Shown: positions 1 to 9,014 of the stretch, one piece after another
Position numbering within the stretch: position 1 is the first letter of the stretch
Layout of the letters: each line of letters opens with the position of its first letter
Assembly (NCBI GenBank): GCA_027324645.1
Contig: DAHVSI010000238.1
Coordinates: 1 to 36,945, forward strand
DNA from: Castellaniella sp.
GTDB lineage: Bacteria > Pseudomonadota > Gammaproteobacteria > Burkholderiales > Burkholderiaceae_B
Reading direction: 5' to 3'
DNA: 36,945 bases
The notes under the pieces: generated by a model
Database searches by the model: none
Seen by the model: the letters and a program-made list of their open reading frames with translations, nothing else
Told to the model about the DNA's origin: nothing
Made by a program: the position numbers and the translations under genes

Positions 1-1
1 C

Positions 2-553
2 GGTGTGGGCATGGTGCCTGAAGAACGACTGGGGCGTGGCGCTGTCCCCGATATGTCGCTGGCCGATAACTTGCTTCTGTCGCATCAGGACACTGCCACC
101 GTTCGTCATGGGTTTGTCCGAAGCAAAGCGGTACGTCGCCATACTGCAAACATCATTGAGCGGTTTTCCGTTGCGGCGCCCGGGCCGCAGGCGCTTGCGA
201 TGAGTCTGTCCGGTGGCAACCTGCAAAAATACATCATTGGTCGTGAAATCACGCGTAAGCCACGGGTTTTGCTGGTGGCTCAGCCCACCTGGGGCGTGGA
301 TGTGGGCGCAGCGGCGCGTATCCGCTCCGAGCTGATTGCATTGCGTGAGGCCGGTTGCGCCGTTTTGGTCATCTCCGAGGAACTGGACGAACTGTTCGAC
401 TTATCCGACCGTCTGGTTGTCATTGCTGGTGGCAGGCTGTCGCCTCCCATTGATGCCCGGCAGGCCACGCGCGACATGATTGGCCAATGGATGAGCGGCC
501 TGTGGCCTGGCTCATCACATACTGTTCAGGAGGCCGGTCATGCTGCGCCTTGA
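2..553 (+). CDS. ABC transporter ATP-binding protein, C-terminal part (5' end outside window); second NBD of a duplicated sugar/nucleoside-type ATPase
   Basis: The frame is open from the window edge. It has an LSGGNLQK signature-like motif, a VLLVAQPTWGVDV Walker-B-like segment and ISEELDELFDLSDRLVV. Its 3' end overlaps the next permease start (540) by 14 nt. Confidence 0.85.
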   Translation, partial: GVGMVPEERLGRGAVPDMSLADNLLLSHQDTATVRHGFVRSKAVRRHTANIIERFSVAAPGPQALAMSLSGGNLQKYIIGREITRKPRVLLVAQPTWGVDVGAAARIRSELIALREAGCAVLVISEELDELFDLSDRLVVIAGGRLSPPIDARQATRDMIGQWMSGLWPGSSHTVQEAGHAAP

Positions 554-1601
554 GGCCAGGGCAACGCCATCGGCATGGATGGCCTGGCTGTCGCCGGTAC
601 TGGCGGTGCTGTTGACCATGGTGTGCGGCACACTGCTGTTTATTGCGCTGGGTAAAGATCCCGTGGCGGGCCTCGGCGTCTTTTTTTACGAGCCGGTCAA
701 AGACTTGCGCGGCTGGTCCGAAGTGGGTATTAAGGTGGCGCCCCTGCTCATGGTTTCGGTGGGGCTGGCCATGTGTTTTCGGGCCAATGTGTTCAATATT
801 GGGGCCGAAGGCCAGCTTATTCTGGGCGGCATCACCGCCGGAGCCACAGTCCTGTATTTTGACGACGGTACTGGCGGCGGAGCATTCATGATTGCGCTGG
901 CTCTGGCTGCCGGGGCGCTGGGAGGCATGTGTTGGGCGGGGATTGTGGCATGGCTCAAAGATCGCTATCACGCCAACGAAATTCTTGTCTCGCTCATGCT
1001 GGTCTACGTGGCCGAGCTGTTGCTGAGTTGGCTGGTGCATGGGCCTATGCGGGATCCCGACAGCTTTGGTTTCCCCGAGTCCCGCCTGTTTTCTGACGGC
1101 TTTCTGCTGCCGGCAATCCTTACAGGTACACGCCTGCATATTGGATTACTTCTGGCGCTGCTGGCCAGTGTTTGCGGCTGGCTGTATTTTTCCCGAAGCT
1201 TCTCGGGTTACAAGTTGCGGGTCGGCGGCCTGGCGCCTCTGGCTGCCCGATACGCGGGCTTTTCGTCACGCCGTACCTTGTGGACCGTCATGCTGGCTTC
1301 GGGTGGCCTGGCAGGGATGGCCGGCGCTGCCGAGGCCATGGGGCCAATTGGACAGCTCACCCCATCGTTGTCCCCAGGCTATGGTTTCGCAGCCATTATT
1401 GTGGCGTTTGTGGGGCGGCTGCACCCCGTTGGCGTTATTTTCAGCAGTTTCATCATGGCGCTGTTCTATATAGGTGGTGAACTGTCCCAAAGCCGTCTGG
1501 GCATGCCCAGTGCTGTAACGGGCATTTTTCAGGGGATATTGCTGTTTGCCCTGCTGGCCTGTGATGTGCTCATCCACCACAAAGTCAGGTGGAGGGCCTG
1601 A
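540..1601 (+). CDS. ABC transporter permease (BMP/nucleoside-sugar type, YufP-like)
   Basis: 353-aa polytopic hydrophobic protein. AGGAGG lies 6 nt upstream of the ATG. It sits between the ATPase and a second permease. Confidence 0.85.
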   Translation: MLRLEARATPSAWMAWLSPVLAVLLTMVCGTLLFIALGKDPVAGLGVFFYEPVKDLRGWSEVGIKVAPLLMVSVGLAMCFRANVFNIGAEGQLILGGITAGATVLYFDDGTGGGAFMIALALAAGALGGMCWAGIVAWLKDRYHANEILVSLMLVYVAELLLSWLVHGPMRDPDSFGFPESRLFSDGFLLPAILTGTRLHIGLLLALLASVCGWLYFSRSFSGYKLRVGGLAPLAARYAGFSSRRTLWTVMLASGGLAGMAGAAEAMGPIGQLTPSLSPGYGFAAIIVAFVGRLHPVGVIFSSFIMALFYIGGELSQSRLGMPSAVTGIFQGILLFALLACDVLIHHKVRWRA

Positions 1602-1602
1602 T

Positions 1603-2520
1603 ATGGAATCTCTGGCCCCCTTAATCGCTTCTGCCATTGTTGCCGGCACGCCTCTCATGCTGGCGTCGCTGGGGTTGCTTATCAACGAGAAGTCTGGCGT
1701 GATCAACCTGGGTTCTGAAGGCATGATGCTGGTTGCAGCCATAGCCGGTTTTGCCATCACGGTGGATACGGGCAGCAGCATTCTGGGGTTTGCTGCCGGA
1801 GCGCTGGCCGGTGTGTTGCTGGCAGCGTTCTTTGCTTGGTTAACCGTCTGGCTGGGGGCCAATCAGGTTGCAACCGGCCTGGCATTGTCGCTGTTTGGGG
1901 TGGGTGCATCGGCCTACCTGGGCATTGACTATGTGGGCGAGACGCTCACAGGAACACGCCATGCCATTCCCTGGCTGCGTGATGTGCCTTTTTTGGGGCA
2001 GGCGTTGTTCCGCCATCATCCCATGGTGTACATCGCCTTGCTGCTATGCCTGGCCACCGCCTGGTTCCTGGGGCGCACACGGGCCGGGCTGGTTCTGCGT
2101 GCCGTGGGCGAGTCCCCCTCGTCAGCTCATTCGCTGGGATATGACGTCCGGCGCATCCGCTTGGCAGCATTGTTGTTTGGCGGGGGCTGCTGTGGGCTGG
2201 CTGGTGCCTTCCTGTCGCTGGTGTACACGCCCATGTGGGTCGAAGGCATGGTGGCGGGCCGTGGCTGGATTGCCCTGGCATTAACCACGTTTGCCACCTG
2301 GCGGCCGTTGCGCGTCATGCTGGGCGCTTTTCTGTTCGGCGGTATTACCATTCTGACTTATCATATGCAGGCACTGGGTGTGCCCATCGCCTCCCAGTGG
2401 CTGTCCATGTTGCCGTATCTGGCAACCATACTGGTACTGGTGCTTATTTCGCGTAATGCCAGCTGGATCAGGCTCAATATGCCGGCTTCGCTGGGTAAAC
2501 ACTTCACTCCCAATTCCTAA
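1603..2520 (+). CDS. ABC transporter permease (second subunit, YufQ-like)
   Basis: I chose the in-frame ATG at 1603 (MESLAPLIAS...), 2 nt after the upstream stop. The track start at 1546 would overlap the previous gene with non-membrane-like sequence. The protein is hydrophobic and multi-TM. Confidence 0.85.
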   Translation: MESLAPLIASAIVAGTPLMLASLGLLINEKSGVINLGSEGMMLVAAIAGFAITVDTGSSILGFAAGALAGVLLAAFFAWLTVWLGANQVATGLALSLFGVGASAYLGIDYVGETLTGTRHAIPWLRDVPFLGQALFRHHPMVYIALLLCLATAWFLGRTRAGLVLRAVGESPSSAHSLGYDVRRIRLAALLFGGGCCGLAGAFLSLVYTPMWVEGMVAGRGWIALALTTFATWRPLRVMLGAFLFGGITILTYHMQALGVPIASQWLSMLPYLATILVLVLISRNASWIRLNMPASLGKHFTPNS

Positions 2521-2530
2521 GGACCTCACT

Positions 2531-3616
2531 ATGACAAAAACCATGCATAAAGCGTTGCTGGCAATCGGAGCCGGCAGTCTGATGGCGTTGTCGGGCGTAA
2601 GCAGTGCCCAAGACGATCCGGTCAAAGTCGGCTTCGTTTACGTCAGCCCCATTGGTGATGCGGGTTGGACCTGGCAGCAGGATATCGGGCGCAAGGAAAT
2701 GGAAGAAGCGCTCGATGGCAAGGTGGTTAGCCAATACGTTGAAAACGTGCCCGAAGGTGCTGATGCAGAACGCGTGATTCGCGATCTGGCCGAACAGGGC
2801 AACGAGCTGATTTTTACGACGTCATTTGGCTACATGAACCCGACCATCAAGGTGGCCCGCCAGTTTCCCGACGTCAAGTTTGTGCACTCCACGGGTTACA
2901 AGACGGCGCCTAATGTGGCAACCACCAACTCCCGCTTCTATGAAGCCCGCTATCTGGGCGGCATTGTGGCCGGCAAAATGACTGAAAGCAACGTCATTGG
3001 CTATGTGGGTGCCTTCCCCATTCCCGAGGTGTTGCAGGGCATTAACGGCTTTACGCGGGGGCTGCGTAGCGTCAACCCGGATGCAGAAGTGCGCGTGATC
3101 TGGGCCAACACCTGGTACGACCCGGGTAAAGAGCGTGATGCTGCGTTGGCGCTGCTGTCCCAAGGCGCCGATGTGGTGACTCACCATACTGATTCCACAG
3201 CTGTTGTGCAGGCGGCGCAGGATGAAGGCAAGTATGTTGTAGCCTACCATTCCGACATGCAAAAATACGGACCTGATGCCCAGATTGCAGCTGTGACCCA
3301 CCACTGGGGGGATTACTTTACCGAACAGGCCAAGGCCGTCGTGGATGGCGACTGGGAAACCTCCAGTACCTGGGGTGGCCTTAAGTCGGGCATGGCGGCG
3401 CTGGACGGTATTGGCGACATGGTGCCGGACGATGTCCGTGAGCTTGTCGAGGAAAAGAAAGAGCAGATCGCTTCAGGCGAACTTGCCGTATTTGATGGCC
3501 CCATTGTGGACAACGAAGGCAAAACCCAGCACGAATCGGGCGTACTGGATGACGATGGCTTGAACAACATGAATTATTATGTGCGCGGCGTCGCCAGCAA
3601 GTATCCCGATCAGTAG
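2531..3616 (+). CDS. BMP-family ABC transporter substrate-binding protein (periplasmic, signal peptide, no lipobox)
   Basis: Start MTKTMHKALLAIGAGSLMALSGVSSAQ looks like a signal peptide, with AAGGA upstream. KVGFVYVSPIGDAGWT and GYVGAFPIPEV are typical of Med/BMP binding proteins. Confidence 0.85.
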   Translation: MTKTMHKALLAIGAGSLMALSGVSSAQDDPVKVGFVYVSPIGDAGWTWQQDIGRKEMEEALDGKVVSQYVENVPEGADAERVIRDLAEQGNELIFTTSFGYMNPTIKVARQFPDVKFVHSTGYKTAPNVATTNSRFYEARYLGGIVAGKMTESNVIGYVGAFPIPEVLQGINGFTRGLRSVNPDAEVRVIWANTWYDPGKERDAALALLSQGADVVTHHTDSTAVVQAAQDEGKYVVAYHSDMQKYGPDAQIAAVTHHWGDYFTEQAKAVVDGDWETSSTWGGLKSGMAALDGIGDMVPDDVRELVEEKKEQIASGELAVFDGPIVDNEGKTQHESGVLDDDGLNNMNYYVRGVASKYPDQ

Positions 3617-4431
3617 GTTGCCTGCCGATTCGTGATCAGTCCCTTAAGGCCGTCAATCACGGCCTGGGGCTGATCGCGGTGCGGCACATGGCGGCAATCG
3701 TCCAGCACAAGCAGGTCGGTGTGCCGAGTCAGGCGCTGTATGCCACGAATTTGCTCTAGTGTGCCGTACTCGTCCTGCTTGCCCTGAATGGCCAAAACTG
3801 GGCACTGTATGTTTGCGACATCGGCTTCAATGTTCCAGTCACGAAATGCCGGGGTCAGCCAGGTGTCACTCCAACTGAAAAACACCGAATCCGGATCCCG
3901 ATGGTGCCGGCCCAGTCGCTGTTTCATGTTGGTGGTGCGGTAGGCTTCGTTAGCAACGTGTATGCCTTGCACCGTCATGTCTTCCACAAAAATGTGCGGC
4001 GCTGCCACAGCAATGGCGGCAACCCGCTCGGGAAAGGCGGCGGCGTACAGCAGGGCTATTGAGCCACCATCGCTGTGGCCATACAGGAACGGTCGTTTCT
4101 GGGCCAGGCCCAGGGCGTCCAGTACAGCTGGCAGATCTTGTTCGGCTTCCTGGTGCAAATATTGCAAGTCGCGCGGTTCGTCAGGGGTGCGGGGCGTGCT
4201 CTGGCCATAGCCATAGCGGCTGGTGACAAGCCCCCGGCAACCCAGTTGCTGACATACCTGTCTGGGCCAGTCGCGCCAGGTGCTGATACTGCCCAGCCCC
4301 TCATGCAAAAAAATCAATAATGGGGCTTGGGTATCAGGCGCATCGATCCATTGGTATTCGATGTGAACCGGCTGGCCGGCTCGCTGGATTTGAATGGTGG
4401 GGTGTGTTGCAGAAGCGGGTAAGGAGGTCAT
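3610..4431 (-). CDS. alpha/beta-fold hydrolase
   Basis: It has an LLIFLHEGLGS oxyanion-type segment, a GHSDGG nucleophile elbow and C-terminal ...DDCRHVPH. The track start at 4437 is TTG, so I prefer the ATG at 4431. It overlaps the binding-protein gene convergently by 7 nt. Confidence 0.75.
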   Translation of the reverse strand: MTSLPASATHPTIQIQRAGQPVHIEYQWIDAPDTQAPLLIFLHEGLGSISTWRDWPRQVCQQLGCRGLVTSRYGYGQSTPRTPDEPRDLQYLHQEAEQDLPAVLDALGLAQKRPFLYGHSDGGSIALLYAAAFPERVAAIAVAAPHIFVEDMTVQGIHVANEAYRTTNMKQRLGRHHRDPDSVFFSWSDTWLTPAFRDWNIEADVANIQCPVLAIQGKQDEYGTLEQIRGIQRLTRHTDLLVLDDCRHVPHRDQPQAVIDGLKGLITNRQATY

Positions 4432-4506
4432 GCACAATACAATCGAGACAGGCAGGGGTATGATTAGACAATTAAGTCTGGATTGTAATCAAAAGGCGCT
4501 AATTCA

Positions 4507-4971
4507 ATGAAGTTCAGGGAATTCAGGGTGGGTATGCTTATTGAGCATCCCCCGGTCACGGTGACCAGGCAGGAAATGGAATCCTTCGCTCAATCGTACG
4601 ACCCGCAATGGTTTCATGTGGACGCCGACCGGGCAGAGCATGGTCGCTGGGGCGGGCTTATTGCCAGCGGCTGGCTAACTTGCAGCCTGGCCATGCGCAT
4701 GGCGGTCGATGCAGCGCTTCACGACTCAGAATCGTTCGGTTCGCCCGGAGTTGAGCGGCTGCGGTGGATGCTGCCCGTACGTCCTGGCGATGCGTTGCGC
4801 CTTGAGGCCACGGTGGATTCGGTACGTACTTCGTCCTCACGGGATGACCTGGGCATCATGCGTTGGACTTGGCGCGTTTTTAATCAGCATGATCAGCAGG
4901 TGCTCGAGCTCGAGGCAACCAGCCTGTTTGATCTGATCAACGAAACGAGCCAGGCGGATGGTGCCGGCTAA
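4507..4971 (+). CDS. MaoC-like (R)-specific enoyl-CoA hydratase / hot-dog fold protein
   Basis: 154 aa. FAQSYDPQWFHVDADRA...GGLIASGW matches the MaoC dehydratase hot-dog motif region. Confidence 0.7.
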   Translation: MKFREFRVGMLIEHPPVTVTRQEMESFAQSYDPQWFHVDADRAEHGRWGGLIASGWLTCSLAMRMAVDAALHDSESFGSPGVERLRWMLPVRPGDALRLEATVDSVRTSSSRDDLGIMRWTWRVFNQHDQQVLELEATSLFDLINETSQADGAG

Positions 4972-5945
4972 CTGGCCAGCAAACCACCAAAACGCTGATC
5001 AATAATTTGCTTGGCCTGGGCCATGATGCGATCGATCAGATCACTGACATCGGGGATGTCGTCAATCAGCCCGGCGACCATGCCGCATGACCAGGCGCCC
5101 GAGTCGGTCTGACCCTCCTGCATGACGCGCGGGTAAACGCCGGCGACTTCTTCCACAATGTCATCAAAGCTGATCTGGCTGCCCAGGGCTTGCTCTTTGT
5201 CCAGCAAACGTTCAACGGCCGGATTGGTTAATACTCGCTCTGTATTGCGTAGCGGACGCATGATCAGGCGGGTATCGAGCTCGGTGGCGTCAACAATAGC
5301 CTGCTTGACGTTAGGGTGCACAGGCGCTTGCCGGGTTGCGACAAAACGGGTGCCCATATTGATCCCGTCTGCGCCCAGCGCCAGGGCCGCAACCAGCGAG
5401 CGCCCGTCGGCCATGCCGCCGGAGGCAACAAACGGAATCGTTAGTTCATCAGCCGCACGGGGCAGCAAAATAAAATTGGGCACATCGTCTTCACCCGGGT
5501 GGCCGGCACATTCGAAGCCATCAACACTTACCGCATCACAGCCAATGGATTGTGCCTTGAGGGCATGACGCACCGAGGTGCATTTGTGGATGACCCGGAT
5601 GCCTGCGTCTTGCAGCGCCGGCAGCCAGGGCTGGGGGTTGTTGCCGGCCGTTTCGACGATGCCAACCTTGCCCTTGATGATCACGTCAATCAGGGCCGGA
5701 TAGTCGGCCTTTTTAAGCGATGGCAGAAACGTCAGGTTGACCCCAAAGGGCTGGTCAGTCAGGTCATGGCAACGGTCAATTTCCGAGGCCAGGGCCTTGG
5801 CATTGGGTTGGGTCAGCGCCGTGATGATGCCCAGGCCGCCGGCGTTGGATACCGCTGCGGCCAGCTTGGCGTAGCCCACATGGTGCATCCCACCCTGGAT
5901 GATGGGATGCTTGATGCCGAACAATTCGGTGATACGGGTTTTCAT
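4968..5945 (-). CDS. nitronate monooxygenase family protein (NMO / FabK-like FMN oxidoreductase)
   Basis: I chose the start MKTRITELFGIKHPIIQGGM. GIKHPIIQGGM and ASGGMADGR are characteristic NMO motifs. It lies 10 nt downstream of the gcdH stop on the same strand. Confidence 0.8.
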   Translation of the reverse strand: MKTRITELFGIKHPIIQGGMHHVGYAKLAAAVSNAGGLGIITALTQPNAKALASEIDRCHDLTDQPFGVNLTFLPSLKKADYPALIDVIIKGKVGIVETAGNNPQPWLPALQDAGIRVIHKCTSVRHALKAQSIGCDAVSVDGFECAGHPGEDDVPNFILLPRAADELTIPFVASGGMADGRSLVAALALGADGINMGTRFVATRQAPVHPNVKQAIVDATELDTRLIMRPLRNTERVLTNPAVERLLDKEQALGSQISFDDIVEEVAGVYPRVMQEGQTDSGAWSCGMVAGLIDDIPDVSDLIDRIMAQAKQIIDQRFGGLLAS

Positions 5946-5955
5946 GAGAAGCCGC

Positions 5956-7149
5956 TCAGAAAAAAGCCTGCAATCCTGTTTGAGCGCGGCCCAGAATAAG
6001 GGCATGCACGTCGTGTGTGCCTTCGTAGGTGTTTACTACCTCAAGGTTGACCAGATGGCGTGCGACGCCAAATTCGTCGGAAATCCCGTTGCCGCCCAGC
6101 ATGTCGCGCGCCAGACGGGCCACATCAAGGGCTTTGCCGCATGAGTTGCGTTTCATGATGGACGTGATTTCGACTGCTGCGCTGCCTTCATCCTTCATGC
6201 GCCCCAGCCGCAGGCAACCCTGCAGTCCAAGCGTGATTTCGGTTTGCATGTCGGCCAGCTTTTTTTGTATGAGCTGGTTGGCTGCCAGCGGGCGGCCAAA
6301 CTGCTTGCGGTCCAGCGTGTATTGGCGCGCGGTATGCCAGCAATCTTCAGCAGCACCCAGGGCACCCCAGGCAATGCCATACCGGGCAGAATTCAGGCAG
6401 GTAAAGGGGCCACGCAAGCCTGATACTTCGGGCAACAGCTGCTCGTCGCTGACTTCGACATCGTCCATGACGATTTCGCCCGTGATGGATGCACGCAAGC
6501 CAACCTTGCCGTCAATAACCGGCGCTGACAGGCCTTTCATGCCTTTTTCAAGGATGAAGCCACGAATCTTGCCGTCATCGTCGCCACCAACAACCTTGCC
6601 CCACACAACAAACACATCGGCAATAGGGGAGTTGGTGATCCACATCTTGGTGCCGGAAATACGATAGCCACCGTCGATACGGACGGCACGTGTTTCCATA
6701 TTGCCTGGATCGGAACCGTGATTGGGTTCGGTCAGGCCAAAGCAGCCAATCCACTCGCCCGTGGCAAGCTTGGGCAGATACTTCTTTTTTTGTGCTTCGG
6801 TGCCAAATTCATTAATGGGGACCATGACCAGCGAAGACTGGACGCTCATCATGGAGCGGTAGCCCGAGTCGATACGCTCGACTTCACGTGCAATCAGGCC
6901 ATAGCACACATAGTTAAGGCCGGCACCGCCGTATTCTTCGGGAATGGTGGCACCAAGCAGCCCAAGTTCGCCCATTTCGCCAAAAATGGCCGGGTCGGTT
7001 TGCTCGTGGCGGAAGGCTTGCAATACACGTGGTGCCAGCTTGTCCTGACAATAGTGGTACGCGGCATCCCGAACCATGCGCTCATCATCCGTTAGCTGAT
7101 TATCAAGCAGCAAGGGATCGTTCCAGTGAAAGGAAGGGGATGTCGACAT
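5956..7149 (-). CDS. gcdH: glutaryl-CoA dehydrogenase
   Basis: 397 aa from the ATG at 7149 ([20 protein letters not shown]). It is collinear with GCDH as I recall it: [52 protein letters not shown]. The 117-aa upstream extension in the track overlaps the next gene and is not protein-like. Confidence 0.93.
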   Translation of the reverse strand: MSTSPSFHWNDPLLLDNQLTDDERMVRDAAYHYCQDKLAPRVLQAFRHEQTDPAIFGEMGELGLLGATIPEEYGGAGLNYVCYGLIAREVERIDSGYRSMMSVQSSLVMVPINEFGTEAQKKKYLPKLATGEWIGCFGLTEPNHGSDPGNMETRAVRIDGGYRISGTKMWITNSPIADVFVVWGKVVGGDDDGKIRGFILEKGMKGLSAPVIDGKVGLRASITGEIVMDDVEVSDEQLLPEVSGLRGPFTCLNSARYGIAWGALGAAEDCWHTARQYTLDRKQFGRPLAANQLIQKKLADMQTEITLGLQGCLRLGRMKDEGSAAVEITSIMKRNSCGKALDVARLARDMLGGNGISDEFGVARHLVNLEVVNTYEGTHDVHALILGRAQTGLQAFF

Positions 7150-7198
7150 GATAGAACTCCGTGAGATAGGGTAAATAGGGTTGAAACTCCGGCGGACA

Positions 7199-8923
7199 CT
7201 AGGCGTTGTTGCGTCCATCGGATTGTTGATTGAGTGCCCGTTCGCGCAGCGTATCGAGCGTGGCACTGGGCGTGATTGCCTGGGGATCCAGATGGCAATG
7301 CAAAATGGCGGGCCGTTTGCTGTCCAGGGCACGTTGCATGGCAGGCATGAATTCGTCTGTGGTGCGGACTGTTTCACCGTGACCGCCAAAGGCGGTGGCA
7401 TAAGCGGCAAAATCCGGATTGTGCAATGCCGTTGCCGAAGGCCGGCCCGGATAATGCATTTCCTGATGCATGCGAATCGTACCGTACATGCCATTATCAA
7501 TCAGGATGACAATAATGGGCAGGTCGTACTGAACGGCGGTGGCAAATTCCTGGCCGTGCATTAAAAAGCAGCCGTCTCCTGCAAAACAGACAACGGGGCG
7601 ATTGGGATGAATCCGTTTGGCTGCTACGGCGGCAGGCAGGCCATAGCCCATGCTGCCCGATGTGGGTGCCAGTTGCGTGCCGTACTCGGTAAAGTGATAA
7701 AACCGGTGCAGCCAGGTGGCAAAGTTGCCTGCGCCGTTGCACATAATGGTATTGGCGGGCAGGGTGTCACGAAGCGCCTGCATGATGGGCCCCATCTGCA
7801 AGTCGCCCTGTATGGTGACCTTGGCTGGGTCCGACCAGGCCAGAAAGTGTTCATGCAGCTGCGTGACCAGTTCTTGCCGGGTGTCGCTTGCGGTCCCATT
7901 GGTTTGCTCTGACAGCGCCGCAGCAAAGGACACCGGAGAGGTATTGATGGCAAGCTGGCTGCGATATACCCGGTTGAGTTCGCCGGCATCGGGGTGAATG
8001 TGCACAAGCGTTTGGCTGGTGCTGGGCCCCGGCACGGGAAACAGGGTATATCCCTGGCTGGGGGTTTCGGACATGCGCCCCCCAACCAGTAAAACCAGGT
8101 CGGCGTCGCGGATGTAGTCCAGGAGTTGCGGGTTGCAACCCAGGCCCACATCGCCGACAAAGCACGGGTGCGAAGCGGGAAACAGCATCTGACGGCGAAA
8201 CTGTACGGCAACCGGCAGGTGGTTTTGCTCGGCAAAATCAGCAAACTGCTGAATAGACTGGGCATCCCAGCGCGACCCGCCCAGAATGGCAATAGGACGT
8301 TGGGCCGCTGACAACTGCGACATGAGTTGGCTTATTTGCTGTGGTGCCGGGGTAGTGTCAATCGCTGTGAAGCGCGGAGCGTCGGCCACGGCAGTAGCTT
8401 CAGTGAGCATGTCTTCAGGCAGGGCAATCACGACAGGACCGGGACGTCCTGAGGTGGCCACATGAAATGCCCGTGACACAATTTCCGGAATACGTTCGAC
8501 TTGGTCGATCTCGGTCGTCCACTTGGTCTGGCTGCCAAATACGGCACGGTAATCCATTTCCTGAAAGGCATCGCGGTCACGCATGTTGCGCGCAATTTGG
8601 CCCACAAACAAGATCATGGGCGTAGAGTCCTGGTGGGCGATATGCACGCCCGCCATGGCATTGGACGCCCCGGGGCCGCGCGTTACCATGCAAATCCCCG
8701 GCGTGCCGTGTAATTTGCCCCAGGCTTCGGCCATCATGGCGGCGCCACCTTCCTGCCGGCACACCGTCACGTTGATGGTTTGGTCGTACAGGCCGTCCAG
8801 GACGGCAAGGTAGCTTTCGCCCGGAACACAAAAGACGTGTTCGACACCCTGAGCGGCAAGCTGATCAACAAGAATGTGGCCGCCTGTGCGGCGGACGGGA
8901 ACGGAAGCGCGAGAGACGGTCAT
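7199..8923 (-). CDS. thiamine diphosphate-dependent enzyme (acetolactate-synthase-like family, specificity unknown)
   Basis: 574 aa. It has an N-terminal pyrimidine-binding domain ([10 protein letters not shown]...GPGASN) and a C-terminal ThDP motif GDGCFLM...N. Confidence 0.85.
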   Translation of the reverse strand: MTVSRASVPVRRTGGHILVDQLAAQGVEHVFCVPGESYLAVLDGLYDQTINVTVCRQEGGAAMMAEAWGKLHGTPGICMVTRGPGASNAMAGVHIAHQDSTPMILFVGQIARNMRDRDAFQEMDYRAVFGSQTKWTTEIDQVERIPEIVSRAFHVATSGRPGPVVIALPEDMLTEATAVADAPRFTAIDTTPAPQQISQLMSQLSAAQRPIAILGGSRWDAQSIQQFADFAEQNHLPVAVQFRRQMLFPASHPCFVGDVGLGCNPQLLDYIRDADLVLLVGGRMSETPSQGYTLFPVPGPSTSQTLVHIHPDAGELNRVYRSQLAINTSPVSFAAALSEQTNGTASDTRQELVTQLHEHFLAWSDPAKVTIQGDLQMGPIMQALRDTLPANTIMCNGAGNFATWLHRFYHFTEYGTQLAPTSGSMGYGLPAAVAAKRIHPNRPVVCFAGDGCFLMHGQEFATAVQYDLPIIVILIDNGMYGTIRMHQEMHYPGRPSATALHNPDFAAYATAFGGHGETVRTTDEFMPAMQRALDSKRPAILHCHLDPQAITPSATLDTLRERALNQQSDGRNNA

Positions 8924-9014
8924 GACAGAGTCGTATTAACAAAGGATTCGGTTATTGTATTGCTTATTGGAACCGGAGTTCTGTTTGCCGGGGTCGGTCA
9001 GCTTGGAGAATTTC

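Noticed and set aside
420-1139. A 239-aa antisense ORF over the ABC permease. The same class includes 16846-17409, 18386-18961, 14578-15078, 34290-34949 and 35607-36224.
   Set aside because: All are antisense to strongly supported transporter genes, show low-complexity Arg/Gln/His/Pro composition, and have no start-site signals.
4438-4506. An imperfect palindrome GATTAGACAAT...ATTGTAATC in the hydrolase / MaoC divergent region, as a possible operator.
   Set aside because: The arms match only with an indel and mismatches. It is short and AT-rich, so a chance occurrence is likely.
7150-7500. The 117-codon upstream extension of the gcdH ORF (track start at 7500).
   Set aside because: It overlaps the 3' end of the ThDP-enzyme gene on the same strand, is Cys/Arg/Pro-rich, and homology to GCDH starts at the ATG at 7149.
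7624-8292. Same-strand alternative-frame ORFs inside real genes (7624-8292 in the ThDP gene, 12224-12733 in pdxH, 28852-29430 in dctM, 29761-30294 across dctQ/dctP).
   Set aside because: These are out-of-frame translations of well-supported genes with Arg/Pro/Ala/Cys-rich products. There is no independent evidence for overlapping genes.
8924-9014. TTATTG direct repeats and a CGGTT...AACCG imperfect inverted repeat between the ThDP-enzyme gene and ggt.
   Set aside because: The arms are only 5 bp (7 bp with a mismatch), and no regulator is nearby. This is insufficient support.
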